A stretch of 34,018 nucleotides of DNA from Toensbergia leucococca (taxonomy: Eukaryota). The translations under genes were made by a program, and so were the position numbers. This document shows positions 13,129-23,211 of this stretch, one piece after another. The stretch covers positions 62,001 to 96,018 of the forward strand of contig JALDZS010000083.1 in NCBI GenBank assembly GCA_022813965.1. The letters are read 5' to 3'. The notes below the pieces were generated by a model. It was not told the DNA's origin and ran no database searches. It was given only the letters and a program-made list of their open reading frames with translations. The stretch's first letter is position 1, and each line of letters begins with the position of its first letter.

Positions 13129-14658
13129 GAGATCTAGTATCGGATGGAGATCTTTACGACAACGGTGATCGCGTCTGGGCCCAGGACGTCATTCATTTCT
13201 TTTACATGTGCTTATCGCCGCCACTGAGTAGATATTGTATTTTTAAGTCAAACCGTGCGGACTTGTTCTTTTCGCTTTTTGAAAAAGTGCAGCCTATTCT
13301 TCTCCTTGAGTGCACGGTGAAGTAGACGAGAAGGCGAAGTGTGGCAAGGAGTACTCTGATCGATGGCAGGGAAAAGCTCTGCGGGTTATACAAGTCCAAA
13401 AGCAAAGGGTTTACTGACGTTGATTCAGGGTCATTCGCCGTATTCTTCTTTATTGTCCTCTTACTTGGTCTTCCATATTCTTTGATGCCGTCCTATCTGT
13501 ATATTTTGAATTTCGTGCGCATGTCGCAGCGTCTCAACTTTCTGATCTGAGACAATGATGAATCTTGGTTGATTTTTAGGGTGTTGAATAGGTAAGTTCG
13601 AGAGCAGTGTTTAAATAGGACATCTTTCCCATGCTGTTACCCAAGTACCCTGCTTGACAAAGATATTCTGACACTCCTGGAGGTTTGTCATGTTGGCAAT
13701 AGACATGCATCGCACTGCTCGCAACCTCCTCATCTTTAGCATACTCGGCGTTCACTAATGCTTTTCGTACAGATCTGCGTTGACAAGCCCAATGTCGAAT
13801 ACCTCATAGCCCGGTGTATTAGCACCAACAATTTCGTCATCATGCGAGCATCACCCTTCTACATCGACAGCCATCTGCATTACTCCTAGTGGTAGCCTCA
13901 TCTTTCTTACTCTTATTATGCTGAATGCCAAGGTTTTCTTTTAGTATCCTACAGTCGTACTAGAGATAGATGCAGACAATGGCGTTTGTACCAGCTAATC
14001 TTCTACTTCACCGCTAGAAATCCTCTTCTGTATCTGCGCCACCGACAACCTAGATCACTCATCGTGATCTAAGATTCTGTTTCTTATCTATCTCGTCAGC
14101 TGGCCTTTGCATGTCCTTCCTCATTGAGCATACGTATTCTTTGAATTAGGCAACAACATACTCAATTACAATCGAGAATTCCTCACAGCTTTGAAACAAG
14201 CATACCATTGATTTTTCTCAATTGTCTTGTCTATTATTCTACCTAATCAGACGCCAAGATCCCTGTTTACGTCCTCAACTCATTGTGCTCCATCAGCCCT
14301 CGTTTACCTCTACCCTCAAGTATTCTCCATCAAAAGTCTTCAAAGGACCAAACACCAGCCTTTCAGGCTCTCCAATTGGAAATTCTGAGTCTATTCAGAG
14401 AGCTTTCTAACAGGTGAATCTCCTTGGCTTTCCTGATTTCCAAAAGCACCTACAATACCCTATCAAAATTGCTCATATCCAATTTCAAGCGGGAGTCTAG
14501 TGCTGCTCGATTTCTCCAACTGCATCCCTCTTTGGCATTTATCTCAAGGCCAGGAATTGCGGATGTTTTAAATAAGCATAGAAGCTCCTTGACTAAAAGC
14601 AATATCTCAAGCTTTAGGAGATAAGTTTCTCCCCCAACCGCACCATCCGCCCAAAAAT

Positions 14659-15487
14659 ATGTCTTTCTCAATCCACCCGGTCTTCATTCAAGACTCTCCG
14701 CACATCGCCCGCGTCAGCATGACCTCCTTTATGCAAGATTCGCACTTCGCTCTCCTCTTTCCCAACGCCACCCTCCCCACCATGATAACTAACAGCGCCC
14801 TCCGTTGGCCTAAAAACTACCTCCAAGGCGCCGCCAAAAACAAGCATCACCAGAAAGCTATCGACACCGCCACCGGCGAAATAATCAGCTACGCCAGATG
14901 GGTATTACCCGAGTCCCTAAACGGCAAATGGGAAGCCGCCCAAGTGCGGTTACCTAGTCAGGAGGTACTGGACGAGCTGGACGTCGAGGCCGCTTATGCG
15001 AGCGCTACCGAGGACGGCAACCTGGCAGGTATGAATACGAAAATATTGTCCCATACGGGCCATGAGTTGGAGAGGGCAGAGAAAGCTCTAATCGGTGACC
15101 AAGTCCATCTCTGTACGCATTTCTTAATCCCTCATCCATCCAATCCCTCCACCCATGCCCCTCAGACCCCAACAACGTCACCAACGCTGCCTCCCTAGAG
15201 CCTTTACTAAAACCCCCCCCTTCACCAAAGACGTCGATTACCTCGCCACGATCCCCACCCACCAAGGTCGCGGCGCCGGCTCGCTCCTCCTACAGCAGGG
15301 TCTCGCTCTCGCTGACGCCGAGGGCTTGAGGACATTTGTCATGGCCATGCCGACGGGATTGAGGCTGTATGAGAAATTTGGGTTCAAGAAAATGAGCTGG
15401 GTGACGCATGATGATCGGAAATGGGGCGGCGAGGGCGACTATACGCACTATTTTCTGATGCGGGAACCTGGTGGTGGGAGGGAGTGA
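14659..15487 (+). CDS. GNAT-family N-acetyltransferase; exons 14659-15112, 15231-15487
   Basis: KAIDTATGEIISYARW; spliced HLYVDYLATIPTHQGRGAGSLLL (motif A Q-G-x-G-x-G); A-x-P-x-G-x-x-LYEKFGF (motif B). Intron GTACGC..TACTAAA..AAG. Confidence 0.9.
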
Positions 15488-16075
15488 AGCGGGGTTCATG
15501 GGGAGACTCGGGCGTCTTTACGGATCGGTTTGAGGGGGTATAGATTACGTCGATCTTTAAATGTGACATATATTTGATGTTGGGGGGGGGGGAAGATTAT
15601 TACAGCGAAACTCCTTTTCCGATTTATAAATACCCCACCACCCATTTTCTGAATACCACAAGATCGCTTTTCCGATACCCCGGACTCCCTCACCTCCCAT
15701 CCCCACTCCGACGCAATACAGGCATCACGAAAGCGCATTAATGATTCGGCCCAAGCATTCAGACTCGGATTTGCCCCTCCCCATCTCCCACACCTCCCCA
15801 CCCCCCACTCTTCCCCCCCTAATACATCCCTCTCATCATCCTCCCACACCCCCATCCCCCCTCATAATCTTCCACCCTCTTTACCTAACACGAAATCTCC
15901 TGATCCTCCCCCCCCACAAATCGCCCCTGGGAGGTGGATGAGGGATTGAGATGCGTGTGGCCAATGGGGTTGTTGCGAGGCTTTGAAGGGGGGAGAGATC
16001 TTGTGTGTGGCACCTGCCGGCTGGGATGGATGTGGGGGTTGTTTTTGGGGGTTGAGGGTTTGAGGGTTAGGAGGA

Positions 16076-16078
<3 letters not shown>

Positions 16079-16160
<82 letters not shown>
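16079..16160 (+). repeat. Poly-G tract (39 G, one T at 16118, 42 G)
   Basis: Directly visible; flanked by GGGTTAGG(AGG)n on the left and TTAGGGTTT on the right. Confidence 0.95.
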
Positions 16161-16163
<3 letters not shown>

Positions 16164-17124
16164 GGGTTTGGTTTTCGAGGGAGGTGGGAAAGGGGGAGAG
16201 GGGTGTGGGGTTTGTGGTGGTGGGGCTGGTGATTGGTGCTCGAGACTGTTGATACCTACAGATGCATTTGTTGGGTTTTCTCTTGTTTTGGATAGGGGGG
16301 ATGGTTTTTTTTGGAGAGGTAATGTGAATCATGTCTTATGTGTGCAGAATCAAGAACATGCCAAAAACCCAAAATGCCAAGTGAAAAGCAAAATCGATCA
16401 TTTTCCATCCCCCATGGTCTATTACTTTCCATAGGTGGCCAGGATTTTTTGTATGACCAAGGTTACAAAAGACACTTTGAGCAAAAAACCACATTTCACA
16501 CAATGCAAAGCGCTTATCGAGAGAGAGCGTGAGTGGGTAAAAAAAGAAGTGTGGCTTTAGTTCCCCCATTTGCGTTTTCGGAGCTGGGATTTTTTACTGC
16601 TTTGTAGGGGCTGCTGGGATTTATTGTGTAGCCTTTGGAGATAATCAAGAGTACGACGAGCCTTACTATAGAATAGTAGGTATGAAACCCCCGTTGAAGA
16701 GCGGCGGCCTCGGGCCAGTGCAGTGGAATACACGAGTTTGAGAGCCTAATGAGACGTCAAGCCACTCTTTTTCCTAACGCAGGAGAATTCGTGAAGCTGG
16801 TGTGATATAGCACTATTGCGCAGTGGGGAGAGGTAGCGTAGGGAAAGCTGCGCTGCTGTGATCGCGCATCTCGGGGAGCCGTAAAGAGCGTAGGTCTGAT
16901 TTCCCTGTTGGGGGTGCTTGGGACACTTTTGAGCGAGCGTTAACTGCATGCGCTAGGCAGGTAAAGCCCAGAGGCAAAAGCTTCATGTGTCTGAAGAAAA
17001 GTCTAGTCGACGGTCCGTGCGTCGTGAAATAATTGCAACGAGTGAGATGAACTCTTGTAGAATATCCAATGACAACAGCTCAAGACCATTGTAGATCTTG
17101 GTGGGCCTAAAAGCGCGATACACA

Positions 17125-17346
17125 TTATCCTATCATTGCTCGTTTGGCGTATTGCTTTTTCCTTAGTCTATTCCTCGGCGCAGATGCTATTGGTATGCGT
17201 GAATTGTCACTCTTGTCGGAATCCGAAGACGACCGACGTGATAAGACTTCCGTTTCTGCAAGGACGTCCTTTAGACTGACATTGGATTCGGGAGCTGTCA
17301 CGCGCGGGAAGCCATCGATGAACTCGGTGAACTTGGAAGTAGTCAT
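17125..17346 (-). CDS. Small Ser-rich hypothetical protein (73 aa)
   Basis: ATG in good context (GCAAAATG). MTTSKFTEFID..NVSLKDVLAE..RRSSS pattern is recalled from small Pezizomycotina proteins. Candidate 5'UTR intron GTACGT(17544)..TAG(17388) and TATA-like ATATAAAA near 17905-17911. Confidence 0.6.
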   Translation of the reverse strand: MTTSKFTEFIDGFPRVTAPESNVSLKDVLAETEVLSRRSSSDSDKSDNSRIPIASAPRNRLRKKQYAKRAMIG

Positions 17347-18817
17347 TTTGCAGGATTTTGGTGCAACGGAAGAGGTAGAGGCTTCTGCTAAGGGGCGTCA
17401 CACGAGATGAAGGTGGAGTTTAAAGAGAAGCACTCCTCAGAATTGTAAGTGGCTTTTGGATAATGCTAATCAAGAAATGATAATTTGGAGAGAAAGCACA
17501 ATACAAATACTGAACAATTCTCTCATTTTGGGGGATCGACGTACTAGCGCCAACACCGCCTATCAAACGCAAGGCTGCAACGAGTAAATTGACGTCGCGA
17601 AAAGAAGTTGTGGGATCTGAAACAAAGAGAAGAGAACGGTAAAGCAAAGGAAGTTTCAATGATGCACGTAGGCTCGTTGATGGCATGTGCGGGTGTCTTC
17701 GGGAAAAATGAGTTGAGGTGGAAGTCCCCCTGGTTTGAGAAACAAAAGCGCTCTTGAAAACATTTGCGCCTCTTGATCCTTGCGTTTCAAACCCCCTAAG
17801 TTGATGGGAGAAGAAGACAGTTAATTGCGCCACGTTAGAAAAGGAGGAACAATCGGACTCATCCACTCTTCATGCAGGCAGGATAGTCAAAGTTCTTTGG
17901 CCTTTTATATTTCTCATATTGATCTCGCGAGAGCTTTCAGTCATAGTCGAGGGCAACCTCAATGAGGGGACGCATCGCTCATTGGTCGCTTAGGCACTGT
18001 CGCGGTGCAGAGGTTTTATTTTATGCCTACTTGCGATATCCGGTTGCTTAGTATTGGATTGGTTGAAAGTTCTCGGGCAGATGCGCAATCCTTCTGTTAT
18101 GTTTAGCCCCCAAGAATCAAGATAGGCATTTAACAGAGGCGTTTTCAATAAACATCTCGGATGTGAATGCCCAAGAGCTGCAACGTAGTGTAGACATAGC
18201 CCAGCTTCCATCAAGGCAAGCCACGATACTCAAGTGTGCATGGACTAAGGTACCATGGCGTGAGGCAAAGCCAGGCTACTCTGAGAATCCTAATGCACAA
18301 CACTAAGCGTTCTGTTGGCTGCGCAGTCAGACTTTGTCCGAACATGAATTCTTAACTGATAGAGGGGTAATGCTCATGATTTTTTGGTAGTCTCTGCTAT
18401 GTTCAAGAGTCTGTCCTTTGTTGAAGAGTTCAGACTAGAGCTCAAAACAATGGGAATTTCGGTCTTGGCTTTATATTCGTAGTGATATTATCATTGGCAA
18501 CTGCCAAAAAGCGCCTTCATTGGGATACATGTGAGACTCTTCAGAATTCTGTCGCGAGAAATCTGTAGAGTGAAATCCTAACCTTTCGTAGCAGCACTAA
18601 GGCGGAGTGTGTTTATAGTACTCCGTAAGTGAAAACCTTGCTTTGCGGCGTACCAATTGTCACTCATACATCCTCGGTGGTGATATCGGCAAGTCTCTAT
18701 ATATTAGCACATACACATGCCAATATCAAGAGCAGCTCCGGTGCATTTATGGGATGGAGGGATGGAGGAACCTCCTAACAAGATTCCATCGTTATTAGCG
18801 GACATGTCGCAATCCTA

Positions 18818-20047
18818 TTAGCTTGCAGATGTAACCATTTCTTGCCCATGTTCGAGCTCGTCAATCCTACTAAGAACATGTTTTCTCCACTGCAGATAAT
18901 CTAGTCGTCGCGCATCACTCAAATAGTCGACTCGGTCTTGCATCTATTGGTGTTACTTTAGCTTCACTCCCAGAGGAACGAGGGCAGTGTTACCATTGTG
19001 CCTAGTCCAGCCAGGAGAGTGATGTTATTGTTTTCATCATCATCAATCACAGTCTTCTTGATTGGCGTCATTGTCTCCTGCAGTCCTTCCATATCACCAT
19101 TTGACATGACCTGGTCCTCTTCTAAAATCTCGCTATTCAACCCCGTTCCTTGCCCTATATTTTTGAACCAATCCAACTCCGCCCAGCCTTGATTTCTAAT
19201 TTCCCTCATCCATTGGTCAATGTCCGCGTCATGGATATTGTCCTCTTCTACTTGCAGTGCCTCAGCAGTTCTGACATTTGCTACTGCCAGATCTTTCTGG
19301 CGACAATATTCACTTGCAGGTGTCTCGACTCCTAATAACCGTGCACGTACAAGAAGATACACAGCTATTATCAAGGAAAGTATTTTGTCTGGATTCAAAC
19401 TTTGTGATGTCTCTGTCCTTGTATAGGGGTTGAAAGGTGCTGGAAGCAGAAGAATCGAAGACACTCCTGCAAAAACATGTGGAGGAGCTGTCCGGGCGTC
19501 AAGGCTTGTACAGAGGTGTCGGATGGTGGGCATTACCCATGTTGGGATATCTGGGGCTATTGTAGTCTTGCGTGATTGCCTACTTTGGGGAGTGATAGGC
19601 TTTGAAGGCGTGGGCTTCGCGGGTGTTCTCGGCTTCGACGGGGAACTTCTAGGTAGTGCTTCAGATACTTTTGCGACTGTGTTCCTTTCTCTTCGCCTTG
19701 TGCCAACTGTCAAAGCAGTATCTAGATGCTTGTATAGCTTTTGATATACTTTGGGAGGACATGGTGGGCGAGGTTGTATCTTAGGTAAACCTAAAGTTTG
19801 CTTAAGCCTTCCTCAGCCATTTTAGTATTGTAATAAGACAAGCCGAGAATTACTTCAAATTTTACCTTTCGCATGCAATGTTGGCGCATGCATAAGACCT
19901 TGCGATTTCTTCCTCGGCTTTGAGACTGCTCGCTTTGCTTCGCGACTGCGCAAGAAGAGAAGCAGCAAGCTCTAAGAGTTCGGACGGTAGAGGAGTATTC
20001 AACGTGGGCACTAATCCAGTCAACGACTGGGCAATGGATTTATCCAT
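18818..20047 (-). CDS. ORC6: Origin recognition complex subunit 6; exons 20047-19866, 19807-18994, 18943-18818
   Basis: SLLAQSRSKASSLKAEEEIARSYACANIACERLKQTLGLPKIQPRPPCPPKVYQKLYKHL (fungal ORC6 domain) and C-terminal GLGTMMQDRVDYLS..DYLQW motif. Two frame-consistent introns. Confidence 0.92.
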
Positions 20048-20447
20048 GTTGGCTAGAGAACGGATTTGTTAGACCAAAATAAAAGGCACTCGAATCATGT
20101 TGGTTGAATTAGAAGTGTTAGAAAAAAACCATCCGTGTCAAAGCGGAAATTTACTCGCTTGTCAGCAACTTTGGCTCAAACAAAAGGGCAGGATCTAGAT
20201 GAAACATTTTGGAGGTGAAGAAGAACCTGAGAACTTTGACTTTGATAACAACCCGGCTAATCGTAGAATAGAACTATGAGGCTAGGTCGAGGGTCCAGTG
20301 GAAAAACCTCGCAATGCTTTCAAACGTCCTCCAATACTTTGCTCATGGGGATGAATATCTGATGACATTTTCGAATCTCGCAGTATCTATTACCAGCATC
20401 AGTCGGCCTTCAGAAATTAAAAATGAGGCAGAGATGACTCTCTAGCC

Positions 20448-22322
20448 ATGGCAGAAATAGGCTTGGTAGCCTCTCTGCTCCAGATTGCAGGCACAGGCCT
20501 AAAGCTGTCCATCACCCTCTACACATTTGCCGAAACTGTCTCGGCTGCGGATAAAGACGTTTCGCTCACCAGTGCTGTATTGAATGAACTAGGCATCAGA
20601 CTGGAACAGGATAAGCAAGATGGAATTGCGAGTGGCAACGCCGTTCGGACGGCTGAGGAAATCGTGCAGGAGTGCTCCGAGGTCTTCCGGGACATTGAAG
20701 CTACTTTGGAGAAAAGCATGAGAAAGTCAGGCAGCGCAAAGCATGGGCTCGGGAAGCTGGGCTTGGAGAAGCTAAGATGGCCATTCCTGCAACCAAAGAT
20801 GGAGCTCCTACGATGTAATCTGGAAAGGCTCAAAAGTACCCTCATCTTAATGCTACAGGTGCTTACCTATGCAAAGAAAGCTGCTTCTAAGTATGCGTGG
20901 CTAAATACAGTCATTTCACCAACGATCTAATCACTCATCTCGCGTAGGAAGCCAAAGGATACGAGTCAACTCGATTACGATCGACTGCAGATTGAGAATC
21001 TGATACTTGCCAACCAAAGTGCTACGGCACATTTTCAAAATCTAAACCGCAGTATTGGAGACTCGGATGAGAATAGTTCCAAATCGAAATCTAATCATGA
21101 CCATCCTCTCAAATCTATGCAAGGCCGAAGAGACGTCGAATCGGACGAACGAGATGTTAAAACCTTTGCTGATTCTCCTTCTACTATGGCCCCTATTGCT
21201 GTCCCCTCGCATTTTCTCGCTTTGAGCGTGGTAGCATCTGATTCTACAAGCATTGGAAAAGGTATAACTCAAACAGACCTAAAGGAGGATGTCGATTCCG
21301 TCAAGCGGTCTCCTGTAGATGACACCCTAGGGCTGTCCGAGCTGGATGCTGAGGCTCTAGTGGCCTGTACGCAGAAGCTAGGGCTTCTTGTCCATCGAAT
21401 TGAAAGGGCTCATGCAACGATGACCACGAAGATCCCCATCGTGGAGCAGAAATTTATCATGCCTATTGCAGTAGATTTTGCAAGATCCAATCCGCTAATA
21501 GCCCGGAAACGAACCAGGACTGGCTGCCTCAGTAAGTCGCTGAACTTAGACCTAGTAAAAATTCAACTCGACTGATGTACACCAGCTTGTCGCAAGCGGC
21601 GGATCAAGTGCGGTGAGGAGCGACCAACGTGTAATAATTGCGTCAGATCCATACGTGACTGTGAAGGTTACGCCCCTCGTGTAGTATTGAAAGATCCCTT
21701 GGGTACTTTTCGTCCTGTCAGCGGAGCTGCTCTGGAGAATGACGGTACAGAACTCTATAGCCTTCTGAAAGACAGATATAAGCCGTTGGGGAAAAGCAGC
21801 TGCTCTGTTTCCGAATTGTCGGACCATGATCTTCGAATAGGGGAACTTGAACATGAAATTACAGGTGAAGACGTGGTAGGGCGAGAAAGGTACATATCAA
21901 ATGGGGGAACGCCCCAAGATCCAGGGTACAGGGACCCACGTGTTGATGGTGCGGGATTGGCAGAAGCTGCTGTCGCAGGTCTTATTGAGCGAGCGCGTAG
22001 TAAGTCTCAATCTGAAGAGGGTGGTAAAGATCGCTCTAGAAGCAGAATACGCGCTGGTATTCCGATTGCTGCCGCTGGTCTTGGTTCTGCAGCCATTGCA
22101 GGTCTTTATGAGAAAAGCAACGCAAGCAAGACAGAGAAAGTGGCTCGGCGAGAGGCTCGAAGTGAAGGTCGAGATGAAAGCGGGTCCGACATGGACGACG
22201 TTGCAGAGTCACTTTACGAACCTAGTGAACCCAAACCAGAGGAGCTCCTTCCGGCCAACGCAGTTAACAACATATTCGCTGAATGGACAACGCTATCACT
22301 ATCATCAGCGCAGAAATCTTAA
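20448..22322 (+). CDS. Chimeric protein: HeLo-like fungal N-terminal domain + internal Zn(II)2Cys6 finger + RS/AG-rich segment (~587 aa); exons 20448-20890, 20948-21531, 21586-22322
   Basis: N-term [68 protein letters not shown]. Introns 20891-20947 (GTATGC..CTAAT..TAG) and 21532-21585 (GTAAGT..CTGAT..CAG) join three ORF-track ORFs into one open frame and rebuild [38 protein letters not shown]. Confidence 0.85.
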
Positions 22323-23211
22323 AAAGGGATAAACCTCGCCTTGAAGCCGGGACAGGTACTCGTCATTAATTTATACCATGTTATGTGTTTTCTTAGTAGG
22401 TATGAAGTGAAGGTAGCCCAACCCCCAAGAGAACATAAGAATTTTCCTCTTACCGCATTCATTCATAGAAGGGATGGATGTGCACTCACTCCTGTTGCCC
22501 ATCTACAATCGTCTAACGAAATCAACACACTCTCGGCACAATTCATTTCCCCTGCATACCTCAACTTCATCCCTTACCCCAAACCCACACAAGAGCAAAA
22601 CTCTCACTTCCCTACCTCTCATTGAAAGAGGACCAGAAGATAGGAGAGTTGGACCGATCAGAGAAACAAAGAATAAATCGAAAGAACTCAAAGACACACT
22701 CCCCCCCCCGCAAATCAAATCAAAACCCATCTAATCCACACTTCCTCTTACCCCCAAGAACCAACCAAAACCTTTAGAAAAGAGCAAGTAGTAACCCTCC
22801 TACCTAGAGGTAGAAAAGAAACGAGAACCTGGCAGGAGAAAAATCAAGAAGCAGAAGTTTGTGAGTTAGATAAAGACAAGCGAGAGTGCTGGAATAGATA
22901 GGTAGTTAATGGGGGCAAACATGCACGGCAATCCTCTTAGACAACACCAAGTCCTAAAAGAATCAAGAGAGTCTATGTTGAAGATCCCATCTCACACTCA
23001 ACAGAGCCCTGTTTAAAAAAAGGCCCTTGAATAAACTCTGTGTTGAATTTGTGTTCGCCAGCTAAAAGGTAAAGCAAGAACACTCCCTATCTGACACTAC
23101 TTCTAAAATGACTTGTCCTCAAAAAACAAAACAGATAAACGTACTCTGGTGTTTCGACCAAAATACTTTACCAACACTAGCCACGTTCCGCGACCACCGT
23201 CTAGGACTTTC

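Noticed and set aside
16158..16168. AACCCTAACCC on the minus strand as a telomerase RNA template
   Set aside because: It abuts an 80-nt homopolymer, no pseudoknot or other TER element is recognisable, and it is equally explained as a CTAAC branch site.
15862..16332. Poly-Pro (minus) and poly-Gly (plus) ORFs
   Set aside because: Artefacts of the G homopolymer and low-complexity flanks.
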